In this document: positions 1-12,033 of the stretch, piece after piece | Layout of the letters: every line of letters begins with the position of its first letter | How positions within the stretch are numbered: position 1 is the first letter of the stretch | Assembly: GCF_028641065.1 (NCBI RefSeq) | Contig: NC_073406.1 | Coordinates: 13,764,001-13,828,000 of the forward strand | Origin: Leucoraja erinacea | Lineage: Eukaryota | Direction: 5' to 3' | Length of the DNA stretch: 64,000 nucleotides | The notes under the pieces: model-generated | Database searches by the model: none | What the model saw: the letters and a program-made list of their open reading frames with translations, nothing else | What the model was told of the DNA's origin: nothing | Position numbers and translations under genes: made by a program

Positions 1-600
1 ATCATGGCCTGGTTCGGTAATTCGAAAGTTCAGGAACAAATAGCAGGCTGCAGAAAGTGGCGAGCTTTACCCAGTCCATCATGGGTTTTGACTGCCCCAT
101 TATCAAAGCTCTGTCTCAAGAAGGCAGTTAATATCCACACCACCCTGGCTAACCTCTCTTTGCAATGGTACCATCAGAAGGTACAGGAGCTTGAATAACA
201 TTACCTTCAGGTTGAAGAACAGCTTCTTCCTGTCAGCTAGCAGGATCTTTACAATCCTGCACAACCCGAACCACAACCCTACCTCAACATTGAACCTTGC
301 TCAACCTTACTCTATTAATGTTGCTCTACATATTTTGACTTGCACATCATGTTCTGGTTTCGCTAGAATAACTGATAGTTTATTATATATCTTTGTGTTG
401 TGTTGCTGCTTTTAATATGCCCGTAAAGCTGCAGCAAGATTTCATTGTTCTGGTCCCAGTGCATATAACAAATAAACTTGGTTTTTGATGTGCAATATTT
501 ACTGCATGTTGTCTGAGAATATGTGCCTATGATGCAGCTGTGAGCAAGATTTATATTCACCGTACTTGAGCATATGACAATAAACTTGACTTGATTTGAC
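1..600 (+). mobile_element. Degenerate Rex1/Babar-type LINE 3' fragment with 3' UTR
   Basis: Frameshifted match to the HP..LPSGRRYRS..RNSFFP C-terminus also seen at 51122-51613 and 61217-61639; ends in AATAAA plus (CTTGA)n-like tail near 580-600. Confidence 0.7.
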
Positions 601-784
601 TGGACTGGAACATGTAAATACTAAATACTTGTGGCCCAGCACCAATTATTTGACACAGTACACTTTCTATCCTACCAACCAGGAAAAAATACACTTATGC
701 CCACTATCTGAGAACATAGAACACAGAACAGAAAACAGTATAGCACAGGAATGGGCCCCTCAACCTAGTGTCTGTGTTGAATAT

Positions 785-1175
785 TTTACTGATTGTCTGC
801 CTCCTTGTCACGTTCCTCATAGCTAGCAATGAACCATTCTACATGTCCTTATCATCGTCTGCTTTGATCTGTCATTTTCACATCTTATCCTTCCATAACT
901 CTAGACACCCTCACCCCTGACTCTCATTCTGAAGAAGGGTCTCGACCAGAAACACCGCCCATTCCTTCGCTCTAGAGATGCTGTGGCCCTTGTGGCTAAG
1001 GGGATCAGGGGGTATGGAGAGAAGGCAGGTACGGGATACTGAGTTGGATGATCAGCCATGATCATATTGAATGGCGGTGCGGGCTCGAAGGGCCGAATGG
1101 CCTACTCCTGCACCTAATTTCCCAGTTTCTATGTTTCTATGTCCCACTGAGTTACCCCAGCATTTTGTGGCTATC
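785..1175 (+). mobile_element. Penelope-like element 3' module (degenerate hammerhead at 929-956), interrupted by a CR1 tail
   Basis: CTGAAGAAGGGTCTCGACCAGAAAC followed by the family tail agagatgctg, which resumes at 1141 (gtcccactgagttaccccagcattttgtg). Confidence 0.75.
985..1140 (+). mobile_element. CR1 (HER1-like) LINE 3' end nested in the PLE module
   Basis: Typical CR1 tail gggccgaatggcctactcctgcacct plus (TTTCTATG)n. Confidence 0.85.
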
Positions 1176-1350
1176 ACGATGCCAAGTTAAACTGACCTCA
1201 TCTGCCTCTTTCCTGTTAGCCAATTAATCTTCTATTGATATCAATAACATACCTTCTACATCTGAATTATTTTCCATAATAACCTTTGCTACAGCACCTT
1301 ATCCATGCCTTCTGGAAATCTAAGTGCACAGCACCCAGCAGCTTTTTGTT

Positions 1351-1388
1351 CTGTGTATTCTGAATACTCTGTGTATTCTGTGTATTCT
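1351..1388. repeat. Short degenerate 9-bp tandem (TGTGTATTC)n
   Basis: About four units visible. Confidence 0.7.
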
Positions 1389-1650
1389 GGGCAGTACAGT
1401 GTCGCAGCGGTAGAGTTGGTGCCTTAAAGCGCTTGCAGCGCTGGAGACCCGAGTTTGATCCTGACCGCATGGGTTTTCGAGATCTTTGGTTTCCTCCCAC
1501 ACTCCAAAGACATACAGGTTCGTAGGTTAATTGACTTGGTATATGTGTATATTGCCCCTAGTGTGCAGGATAGAGTCCGTGTGCTGGGGTCGCTGGTCGG
1601 CGCGGGCCAAAGGGCCTGTTTCTGCGCTTTATCTCTAAACTAAACTAACT
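1389..1650 (+). mobile_element. tRNA-derived V-SINE (HE1-like), internally deleted
   Basis: tRNA-like head, V-domain ggtttcctcccacactccaaagac, CR1-derived tail aagggcctgtttc, (CTAAA)n end. Confidence 0.85.
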
Positions 1651-1964
1651 ATAAACTAACCTAAGATGTCTGTCATCACATATTTCTTAACCAAATCTTC
1701 ACATTTGCCAGCTCTACTTTCAAGCCCTTATTTAAGTTGAAAATATAATTTTCAGATCCATACTTTTTTCACTCAAATTAAACATAAATTTCCATTGTAT
1801 TGTAATGACAGCTACCTGGGGCCACCTTCTTAGAGTAGTTGTTTTAAGAAACTATCCCCAAAGGAGATGCTAATCTAGGCTATCTTTGACCATCTGATTT
1901 TTCCAATCAATGGATAAAGTAGATTAAAATAACATATGAATACTACCATACCTTTCTGCTAAAC

Positions 1965-2325
1965 TCATATGTTCAGAAATTCTTGGAGCAGAATTAGGTC
2001 ATTTGGCACATCAAGTCTACTCTGCCATTCAACCATGGCTGATCCAACTTCAGCCTCTCACCCCCATTCTCCTGCCTTCTCCCCATAACCCCTGACACCC
2101 ATACTAACCAAGAATCTGTCAATCTCAGCCTTAAAAATATCCATTCACTTGGCCTCCATAACTGTCTGTGGTAATGAATTCCATAGATTCACCACCCTCT
2201 GACTAAAGGAATTCCGTCTCATCTCCTTTCTAAAGATATGTCCTTTTACTCTGAGGCTGTGGCCTCTGGTCCTAGATTTTCCCACTAGTGGAAAAATCCC
2301 CTCCACATTCACTCTATCGAGCCCT
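1965..2325 (-). mobile_element. CR1 LINE 3' fragment
   Basis: Reverse complement encodes RNSFSQRVVNLWNSLP-like motif plus CR1 3' UTR. Confidence 0.85.
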
Positions 2326-2659
2326 CCAATACATTATTCCATTGGATTCCATCATCTATGACATTATACTTAGAGGACCCACACACCACTCCCCCAAGTA
2401 CTTCTTTGCTTTATTATCTTACTTCATCACTAAAATTGTTTCTATATTGTTGATTCCTGAACTTTAGTCACCCCTCTCTATTGTGCTAAGACTATCATTG
2501 AATAGTGCCACCTCCTCCTTCCCCAGTTTCCTTCCTTCCTAAATGCATGATACTCTTCAATATTCTCCTCACCATCTACATTACCCAGTCACCATATAAT
2601 GGCTACATAATCATATTTGTGCTCTAAGTTCATCTCATTTATTTCAAATGTTTCAATTG

Positions 2660-2800
2660 ATTAGTACGAGTGTCAGAGGATATGGGAAGAAGGCGGTAGA
2701 TGGGGTTAGGAGGGAGAGATAGATCTGCCATGATTGAATGGCAGAGTAGACATGATGGGCCGAATGGCCTAATTCTGCTCCTATCACATGATCTTATGAA
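2660..2800 (+). mobile_element. CR1 LINE 3' tail
   Basis: gatgggccgaatggcctaattctgctcctatcac. Confidence 0.8.
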
Positions 2801-2899
2801 ATGCTATGTGCACACTCGGGTAGAGGGCATTTTGTTGCATACTTTTATTATTTTGGGGGCATCTGACCTAATTTAAATTAACGGTGAATAAACAGTTTA

Positions 2900-3305
2900 T
2901 AAGAGCTTCTATAACTATGTTAAAAGGCAGAGATTACCAAAGTTAAATCTAGATCCCCGACTGGCCGAAAGTGGGGAAACGATAACGGGAATAAAGGAAC
3001 AATAAAATGTTAAACAAATGCCTCGTATTTATTTTCACAGCAATAAACATAAGGAACACAGGGGGAATTGTGTTCAGTCAAGGTTCTGGAGAGAATAATG
3101 AACTCAAATTAATTAATATTAGTACAGAAAAAAAACACTTGTGAAATTAATGGGACTGAAAGCAAACAAATCCCATGGCCATGATGGCCTACATCTCTTT
3201 TAAAAGGATTCTAATGAATATTGTGAATGGTGGAAGATTTCTAAATTCCCTACGTTCTACACCAGTCCCCACAGATTGGGAGGTGGCAGCATAACCCAGT
3301 TATTC
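2900..3305 (+). mobile_element. Old CR1 ORF2 internal fragment
   Basis: Degenerate LK..KS.G.DGLH and DW..A..TP.F motifs. Confidence 0.6.
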
Positions 3306-3472
3306 CACTGAAGACCAAGCATTAATAGTGCAACACCCACCACATGCAGTATCAATCAGCGTTGCTAGGGAAGGGAGTGCTGTTATTTCATTTACTTACT
3401 TGTCTAATTTTGTATGTATTACCTTCTCTCAACCATGCAGTTTTCATTTGACTGGCAATCTAGCAAAATACT

Positions 3473-3799
3473 TTAGTTTATGAGTTTTTATACAGAGAGA
3501 TACAGCATGCAAACAGGCCCTTCAGCCCACCGAGTCTGCACTGACCAACGATCCCCGCACATTAACACTCCCGTACACACACTAGGGACAATTTATATTT
3601 ATATCAAGCCAATTAACCTACAAACCTGTACTTCTTTGGAGTGTGGGAGGAAACCAAAGATCTCTGAGAAAACCCAAATGGTTACGGGGAGAAAGTACAA
3701 ACTCCGTACAGGCAGCACCCATAGTCGCGATCGAACCCGGGTCTCTGGCGCTGAAGCGCTGTAAGGCAACAACTCTACCGCTGTGCCAGTGTGCCACCC
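3473..3799 (-). mobile_element. V-SINE (HE1-like), near full length
   Basis: Reverse complement of head, V-domain and CR1-like tail. Confidence 0.9.
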
Positions 3800-3951
3800 T
3801 GACTGTTAGCTTTTATCCTGCAAAGGAACCAGTCACCCCTGCCAGAACTAGTTAAATAACATCAACTGACTCAAAACCTGGGTATCCAACTTTATGGAGC
3901 CATAAGGGACTGCAGATGCTGGAATCCCGATTTAAAAAGCAAACTGCTGGA

Positions 3952-4250
3952 TGAGACAGTTTCTTCCCAGCTGTTATCAGGCAACTGAATCATCCTACCA
4001 ACAAAGAGAGAGCAGTCCTGAGCAACTATCTACCTCATTTAATGCCCTTGGACTATTTTTAATCGGACTTTACTGGTTTTTATCTGGCACTAAATGTTAT
4101 TCCCTTCATCATGTATCAGTACCCTATGGACGGCCCGACTGTAATCATGCACAGACTTTCAGTTGCCTGGTTAGCATGCAACAAAAAGCTTTTCACTGTA
4201 CATCAGTACTTGTGATAATAAACTTCTGTGAACTATCAAACCAACTAAAA
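3952..4250 (+). mobile_element. Rex1/Babar-type LINE 3' end (second copy at about 46849-47020)
   Basis: gacagtttcttcccagctgttatcag (DSFFPAVIR) plus a 3' UTR shared with the 46849 copy. Confidence 0.7.
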
Positions 4251-4287
4251 CTCACGGGTCATACAGCATCTGCGAGAGAAATGCATA

Positions 4288-4452
4288 GACTTACAAACTC
4301 GCAGGTCTTTGGGATGTGCGAGAAAAATGGAGCACCCGGAGAAAACCGGAGCATCATAGGGAGAACATGCAAACACCACACAGACAGCACCCCAGGTCAG
4401 GATCGAACCCGGGTCTCTGGTGCTGTGAGGTAGCAGCTCTACCAGCTGCACC
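4288..4452 (-). mobile_element. V-SINE 5' half
   Basis: Head and V-domain in reverse. Confidence 0.8.
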
Positions 4453-4889
4453 TTTCAGCCACCAGGTATCACTGCCTCCCTAAATGTAAATGACCCCTCT
4501 ATTTCTCATGTTTTCTTTCTTTCAACCATTTCCAAACGTTTCTTATGTTATAATCTTCCCATGAGAGAGAAAATAAATAGGACAGTTACCTTAATATCAG
4601 TAGAAGGAAAATGCTGGGATCTTTTACAACGAGCATGGTAACAGCACACTTGACACTTCAATGACTTCAATGGAAAGTAATTCTGAAGAGATGGCTTTTA
4701 AGTGTCGAAGCTGATATCACTCACTTTACACTGTTGGACAAAGTCATCACTTCAGACAGTAAAGGCTGACGCTGACTCGAGTTATAATTCTGAAATGCTT
4801 TTTTTAAAAGACTATTCATTCACAGGATGTGGGTGACAATACCAGTAATTATTGTCCATTTTCTGCAGCCGCTGATCAGAGACAATTAA

Positions 4890-5032
4890 GAGTCTGAAGA
4901 AGGTCCCCACCCGAAACGTCACCCATTCCTTCTCACCAGAAGTGATGTTAGAGAAATCAATATTCATACCACAGGGCTGTAAGCTGCCCAAGCAAACTAT
5001 GAGATGCTGTTCCTCCAATTTGCGTTTAGTCA
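4890..5032. mobile_element. PLE pieces: + strand hammerhead module (4894-4920) abutting a - strand GIY-YIG C-terminus
   Basis: CTGAAGAAGGTCCCCACCCGAAACGTC; minus strand reads KRKLEEQHLIVCLGSLQPCGMNIDFSN. Confidence 0.8.
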
Positions 5033-5167
5033 GTGAAATTCTTTGCATGCATACCTTGCAAATAGTCGCCCATAACGGGCGCTTACAAATCCCAACCCCA
5101 CCCCCCGCACGTGCCAGTTCCCCCTTTGTTCTTTCCCATCCCTGACCATTACTCGGGCCAACAGTTA

Positions 5168-5460
5168 GTCAAGTCAAGTCAAGTCAAGTCAAGAAGTTTA
5201 TTTGTCAAATACACATACGAGATGTGCAGTGAAATGAAAGTGGCAATGCTCGTGGACTTTTGTGCAAAAGACAAACAACAAAACAACCAAACAAATTATA
5301 AACACAATCATAACACACATATTCTTTTACATAATAAATAATGGAAGGAAAAACGTTCTGTAGAGTTAGCCCCTGGTGAGATAGGCGTTTACAGTCCGAA
5401 TTGCCTCTGGGAAGAAACTGCTTCTCAACCTCTCCGTTCTCACCGCATGGCAACGGAGGC
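5168..5460 (-). mobile_element. Rex1/Babar-type LINE 3' end with (CTTGA)n tail
   Basis: (GTCAA)n tail at 5168-5193; minus strand ...RLRSSFFPEAIRTVN. Confidence 0.75.
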
Positions 5461-7204
5461 TTGTTGTGTCTTGTCTTTGTTTTAAGCCAGCATCTGCAGT
5501 TCCTTCCCAAACATCTCCCTTCCCTGGCTGTGTTGCCTGCCTCTCTCTGCCCCTCCTATATCTGCGTCTCCTTCCACCATGCTGTGTCTAGTCGCTACTC
5601 CTCCTAACCCTGAATCTCCAGCCACCCTGCTGTGTCCAAACTCTCTTCAGCACAGTCTTCAACCTCCCTCTGTGTTCCCCCACTGCCCCAAATGAACAAT
5701 GCAGTGAATGTTTATACCGTATCTGTAGGGTTTTCACATCTCCCCTTGGAAGATTCCTTCTGAAAATCTAATTAGCATTGCTAAACTGTTTTGGATCATT
5801 TCCCACAATATGTTATGAGATTTGGAAAATTACCATTTGGATATGCAGGGAATAATCCTTTTGCTTGAAGTTGAATTTTTCAGGGAGTAATCCTTTTGCT
5901 TGAAGTTGATACCTTTTTTATTAATATCAAACTCTGAAATGCATTTCTTCTTTCCACAGGACTTCTGCTTGGGTAGGTGGGGCTTCTGCTTTTAGTTATG
6001 AAGGATATAATATCAGAATTCTTTGTTTCAATCGTTTAGTGGGCTCACACATCACAATCAATAAACACACCCATACCACTTATGGTTTTGTGGCCACAGT
6101 TCATAAGTTCATAAGTTCTAGGAGCAGAACTAGGCCATTCGGCCCATCGTTGCTACTCTACCATTCAATCATGGCTGATCTATCTTTCCCTTGTGTCTTC
6201 CTTTGCCAATTTTTTATGCATGTCTTTGGGAGAATGGTGGTGAACCAGCTTATTAAATTGTGGTAATCCACATGATAAAGGCCGTCCTGTGGTGTTGAGG
6301 GTTATGGTCCAGGATTAAGATGCAACAATTCAGATAGAAAACCAAGATGCATCTCCAAGCTGTTGTCACAACTATGTACACCTTGGAATTCCCTATAGAC
6401 TTTCTGTTACCTGATTAAAGTTGCCAAAGCTGCAAGGAATTTTAACTCTCAACAAGTCTCCTGATCTGGGACAATCAGTGGCTCTCAAACCGGTGTTCAG
6501 TGATCCCTGGGAGTTGGCAGAGATTTACTTGGAGTACCTCAAAATAAAGAACTCTGAGAAGATCCCTGGGGAAGCTACCTGTGACTGGTCTGCTGTTGCT
6601 CAAGGATGCGGCCTCCACGTGCCATCAGCCCAGGGTGAGAACAGGTTGTGTTGAGCGCATCTCATGCTAAATCACTCCGACTTGCTCAATAACAGGCTTC
6701 AATATTAAAAATATTTAAGTATTTCATGCTGGATCGCCCAATTGCAGGCCATTTTAATCCCCTTTTCCATTCCTATACTGTCTTGTCTGTCCTTCGTTTC
6801 TTGGTTTCTTGGTCCTCCAAAATATTCCAAATGGAATTTAAACTGGAGGTGGTGGAGGGAGGACTTAAGCCCTTGGCCTCTTCCAATGCCAGAGTGGGGC
6901 CACAGACCTGAATAAGTTGAACAGGTTATACTGTAGCTGGGCAAAGTCAAAACCATTGACCTTTGACTGGTTAAAGGGTCAGGCATTTGGAGGCATGTAC
7001 TCACGTTGCTGGGGCAGATTGAAACCAGCATGTCTGGGAGGTAGGAGTTGGAGCAAATTGAAAAGGAGGAAAGAAACCCACTAATGTAGAGATGATAATG
7101 AGAAACGTTTCAACAGAATGATCGCATCTAAACATCATTAAGCCAATGTCAAATTCTACACCGTTGCGCAGACAACGTTAGAAATGAAAAATATTCAAGA
7201 ATGG

Positions 7205-7615
7205 AGCATTTCCGATATGAGGAGCGACTAGATAGGCTGGTTTAGTTTTTTCTAGGAGCAAAGAAAGCTAATGAGGGAGGGAGCCTGAGGGAAGTGTCAA
7301 TGGTATAACAGGTGTAAACAAGGTAGACAGGAGAAAACATTCCCCAAATGCCAAAGTATCTAAACTTAGAGGGCAAAGGTTCCTAGTGAGACATAACATG
7401 TTTAGCAGGAAGATCAGGAAGAACTATTTCACTTAGAGGGTGATTGGGATCTGGAATGCATTGCTTGATGATGTGAGGGAGGCAGGTGTTAACATAGACA
7501 AGACGTCTCTGGACCAGGACTTGAATTGCATCAGTACAGAAAGCTACGGACCAGCAGCTGGTGAATGGGATCAGTATGAAGCGAGAAGGGCCTGTTAGTG
7601 TGCTTAGTGACTCAA
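7205..7615 (+). mobile_element. Old CR1 LINE 3' fragment
   Basis: YEERL..L, RKNYFT.RVIGIWNAL motifs, tail gaagggcctgtt. Confidence 0.8.
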
Positions 7616-8227
7616 TGGCAAGTATTTTTTAAAATTCAGCTGGTATTCAAACAGTTACATCCTGCATTACGCCAAAGTGGAAGGGAACTTTTTTTTCCAC
7701 AATGTGTTTCTATCATGACCACCTCTTGATTAATCACTTCTGCATTCATTCGCAGCCCTGCTGCCTGTGAGTTCTGCAGTCTCTCTCTGGCTGCACCACA
7801 GAGTAGCCATCCCTTCCCACTGCTCTACTCCTGCCACTTGACCCACTAATGTAGAGATAATAATGAGAAAAGTTCCAACTGAAGTTCCCAAGCTGAATTA
7901 TCGCAGCTAAACATCTTTAGGCCAATGTCGAATTCTACACAGTTGAGCAGACAACATTAGAAATGGAAAACAAATTCTTCACTGTCTGAAGTAGAAAAAC
8001 TGTGATTAATCCTGGGTTTAGATTGTAGGTCAATTCAACTTCTCTTTTTTAGATTCAGATTCAATTCAACTTCTCTTTTGCATTTAGGTGTTGACTATTC
8101 TGCTGCGTATTTTCAGCAATTTCTGGTTTGATTTCAAACTGATGTTTTTTCTATCTCCACACTTTGGTCAATCTGAATCAAGTAAAATCTGCAACCTAGT
8201 TTGAAGCAAACAAACGATACTTCATTA

Positions 8228-8453
8228 TGCCCCTGTCGCACTTAGGAAACCTGAACGGAAACCTCTGGAGACATTGCGCCCCACCCAAGGTTTCCGTGCG
8301 GTTCCCGGAGGTTGCAGGTGGTTGTCGGAGGTTGCAGGTAGTGGAAGCAGGTGGGGAGACTGAAAAAAATCTCCGGGAACCACACGGAAACCTTGGGTGG
8401 GGCACAAAGTCTCCAGAGGTTTCCGTTCAGGTTTCTTAAGTAGGACAGGGGCA
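8228..8453. mobile_element. PIF/Harbinger-type MITE with about 80-bp imperfect terminal inverted repeats
   Basis: TGCCCCTGTCGCACTTAGGAAACCTGAACGGAAACCTCTGGAGAC mirrored by GTCTCCAGAGGTTTCCGTTCAGGTTTCTTAAGTAGGACAGGGGCA; flanked by TTA and TAA. Confidence 0.85.
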
Positions 8454-8534
8454 TAAGGCTTGAGCCCACAGTAGGAATAATGAGCATTGTCAGGAGGTGT
8501 AGGAAAGAGCTGCAGATGCTGGTTTAAACAGATG

Positions 8535-9193
8535 CAACTTTTTCCATATCGTATCTCTGTCCGCACTGCGGCCTAACATTGTGGAGCTGGTGGTCCCTTG
8601 GTTAGGGACCGACTTCGGGAGCTCCAACTGCAGGAGCTTCGACCGCCCTGTTGCAGGGGTTTCGATCGCCGACTGCGGGAACATCAATCGCCCCGACAAC
8701 CGATGTTTCGATCACCCTGACCGCGGGAGGAAAGGAGGAAGAAGGTAAAAGTTGTTCGCCTTCCATCACGGTGGTGAATGTGAGGTCGCCGAAAAGCACG
8801 ATGGACATGCGGCCTGCACTGGCGGGGATGCAGAGGGAGTGCCGTGAGTGCAGTGTTCTCGGTGTTTTGTAGAGATATGGCTCCATGAAGACATCCCGGT
8901 GTCTAGTGCAAGTGTGGACAGCTTTCCGACTGTTCAGACGGACAGGGGCTGCAGAGAGAGTGACAGCAGTCGGTACAACTCTGGTCACATGGAGCATGTT
9001 TGGCCCGATGATTGAACTGATGGCAGTGGGTCTCCGCTTATGCTGAGATTCCCACACGCCACTGTGGCGGCTGTTTATGTTTAATCATTATGTAGTTTTG
9101 TATCTTATTGCTTTTTTTGGTATGACTGCATGGTCAATCAAATGTCACTGTACCTCAATACACCTGACAGTAAAGGACCATTGAACCATTGAA
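8535..9193 (+). mobile_element. CpG-rich non-coding retroposon ending in a Rex1-like tail, nested in a PLE module
   Basis: Ends (CCATTGAA)2; host PLE sequence gctggtttaaac (to 8529) resumes as gaagatagacac (9196); shares motifs with 39591-40100. Confidence 0.6.
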
Positions 9194-9194
9194 C

Positions 9195-9335
9195 GGAAGA
9201 TAGACACGAAAAGCTGGAGTAACTCAGCGGGTTAGACAGCATCTCTGAAGAAAAGGAGTCAGCAGAACATCACCTATTCCTTTTCTCCAGAGATGCTGAG
9301 TGACCCGCTGAGTTACTCCAGATTTTTGTCTCTAT
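9195..9335. mobile_element. Head-to-head inverted pair of PLE 3' tails
   Basis: ctggagtaactcagcgggt...cagcatctctg mirrored by cagagatgctg...acccgctgagttactccag. Confidence 0.8.
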
Positions 9336-10544
9336 TGTCAGGAGATGATGGCAATAAAAAAGGGAAGGAAAACAGTTAGAATTGTGACAGGCTCCTCGAG
9401 ACTTCAGCAATGACCCGACTTTTAGATTCTTGCCCAGGTGCGGTGATGTCACCCTTTCCCAAACATGTCCGCCATTCACTGTCATTGCTGCAAGCCAGTC
9501 CAGCAAGCAGCCTTCCATTGCATGTCCCAATACTTGGTCAATGTAAAGTAACAGGTATAACTGGAGTTACTGTAAAGTAACTGGAGTTACTCCAGCATTT
9601 TGTGTCTATCTTCTTTTTGAAATTAATATTAAATTAGTGATTAAAATAAATGTATCCCTCTATAAATTTTAATCAGGTATTTTAATCCTGTGCAATAACA
9701 TAAAAATAACATAAAAATGGAAAGATTCAGTGGGTCAGGCAGCCTCTGACAATGGCATTGATATTATTATTGTCACGGTTTACCAAGATGCATTGGAAAG
9801 CGTGCTAACCACACAAATCATACTATACGTGAGATCAATTAAGCTATACACAAGTACAGAAGGTGGTGCAAAGAGAAAAAATATTAGTGCAGAATATAGT
9901 GAGGTTTGCAGTTATAAAGAAAATGCAGATTTAAAAAAATGCAGGTCCTCAATTAATTTGGTTGGAAGATTGGGACTATACCTTTGGCTGATGGAAAGAC
10001 CATTCAGTAGTCGGCTAACAGCGAGGAAGAAAGTGTTCCTGATTCTGGTGGTACGTGCATTCAAGCATTTGTATTTTCCTCATTTAGAAAGGGAAACAGA
10101 GATAATATTTCAGATCAAAGAATAGTTCTGACAAAGGATCACACTTCCACTATCTATAATTTTTATTTCTCTATGAGCTGAGATAGCTTTACCAATTAGG
10201 TTTAAATCAGGCCAAAATGTACAGGAAGGAACTGCAGATGCCGGTTTACATCGAGGGTGGACACTAAATGCTTGAATAACTCAGCGGGATCAGACAGCAT
10301 TGTTGGTGAAAAGGAGTAGGTGGTATCGGTGATATCAGTTTATGGAGGGTACAGTTAAGTTATGAGGCAGGTAAGGTCAGAGACTCATAGCGTAGTTGCT
10401 CCCCCAGACACTGGACGATTACTGTGGGATCAATCTTTAGCAATGATGATTTGCTGCTTGGAAATATCCCATCGTTTGCACTATGGTTCAATCTGGAAGT
10501 TAGACCCAACCGTTCACACATGCCCAATATATTTGGCCATTTTA

Positions 10545-10862
10545 TCTAACTTCAAGTAACCCTTGCATTGCCATCTGGCTCCATCCCTCCCCAACCCAAG
10601 GCGTGCTAGCTTCAAAGCCATCTTGTTGAGTCGGTAACTCATTTTCACTCAGCTCACAGCTAACAATAGCCTGTTTCCTTTATCATTGTTACTTTTTTGC
10701 ATATCTTTCATTCATTTGTTCTGTATCTCCCTACATCACCATCTATATCTCTCGTTTTCCTTTCCCCCGACACTCAGTCTGAAGAAAGGTCTCAACCCGA
10801 AATTTCACCAGGGATGCTGTCTGTCGCGCTGAGTTACTCCAGCATTTTCGTCTACCTTCAAT
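10545..10862 (+). mobile_element. PLE 3' UTR with degenerate hammerhead (about 10779-10806)
   Basis: tctaacttcaagtaaccc ORF end, pyrimidine-rich UTR, ctgaagaaaggtctcaacccgaaa. Confidence 0.8.
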
Positions 10863-11280
10863 GTAATCCACGTTAAGAAATAAATGGACGGAAATTGGTG
10901 TAAATGGTCAGTGTTAAAGGAAAGCACCAAAATCTCGCTATATATTTCTTTGTTAAAAACAATCATTAACATTTCAACTTATTTCACAATAATGCAAGCA
11001 CATTACACACAGCATGTTCAGAACTGGCACTCAGGAAGTTTTTTTCATTTTTAATGTGATTTATATGAATGCCATAAAAAAACTATTAGAGAATACAAAA
11101 GTGTGGAGCAGTTCTCAATAAGGTTATATTTCGACAAAAATACTCAGAAGTCGCAATGAATCACAGAACACTGACTTAATTTCCTACTGTGTCTATAAAT
11201 GGGCTGGCACTTTGAGATAACTTGCAGGAAGCTCATCTGGGGTGAATGGGAGAAGGGGGCTGCATAGGAACAGGCCTTAC

Positions 11281-11281
<1 letters not shown>

Positions 11282-11320
<39 letters not shown>
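11282..11320. repeat. Poly-C tract (others: poly-G 12352-12376, poly-C about 13072-13106, C-rich 46630-46675)
   Basis: Direct reading. Confidence 0.95.
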
Positions 11321-11322
<2 letters not shown>

Positions 11323-11394
11323 AACCTCCTACCCGAACCCCCCTCCCCCCAGTCAACCATCAAGCATCCATTGACACTAATCTCATTTTCATTA

Positions 11395-11882
11395 GTCATA
11401 GAGTGATGAGGTATGGAAACAGGCCCTTCAGCCCAACTTGCCCACACCCGCCAACATGTCCAGGCTACGCTAGTCCCACCTGCTAGCATTTAGTCCACAT
11501 CCCTCTGGACTTGTCCTATCCATGTACCTGTTTAGTCTTCAAAGATTTCCTTCAACTCCCCCTAGATTCTGCCAGTCACTTACACCTTAGCAGAATTAAA
11601 GGATGTTCTTTTAGGAAGGAGATGAGGAGGAATTTCTTTAGTCAGAGGGTGATGATTCTGTGGAATTCTTTGCCACAGAAGGCTGTGGAGGCAAAGTCAG
11701 CGGATATATTTAAGGTAGAGATAGATAGATTCTTGATTGGTACGGGTGTCTGGGATAATGGGGAGGAGGCAGTAGAATGGGGTTAGGAGGGAGAGACAGA
11801 TCAATGATTGAATGGCAGAGTAGATTTGATGGGCCGAATGGTGTAATTCTACTCCTATCACTTATGATCTTATGATCTTATG
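11395..11882. mobile_element. Two CR1 3' fragments, - strand (11395-11530) and + strand (11590-11882)
   Basis: RIKGCSFRKEMRRNFFSQRVMILWNSLPQKAVEA in ORF 11511-11786; CR1 tails at both outer ends. Confidence 0.85.
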
Positions 11883-11937
11883 ATTACCCCTGACACCATT
11901 ACTAATCAAGAATCTGTCAATCAACAGCTTAAAAATA

Positions 11938-12033
11938 GGCTGAAGAAAGGTTCCAACCCGAACCGTCACCCATCCTTTTTCTCCAGAGATGCTGCCTGAC
12001 CCGCTGAGTTACTCTATCACTTTATGTCTATCC
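11938..12033 (+). mobile_element. PLE 3' module with degenerate hammerhead
   Basis: ctgaagaaaggttccaacccgaaccgtcacc plus family tail. Confidence 0.8.

Noticed and set aside
5846-5909. 35-bp-period local duplication (also the 16-bp repeat at about 63750-63798)
   Set aside because: Ordinary slippage duplications with no further structure
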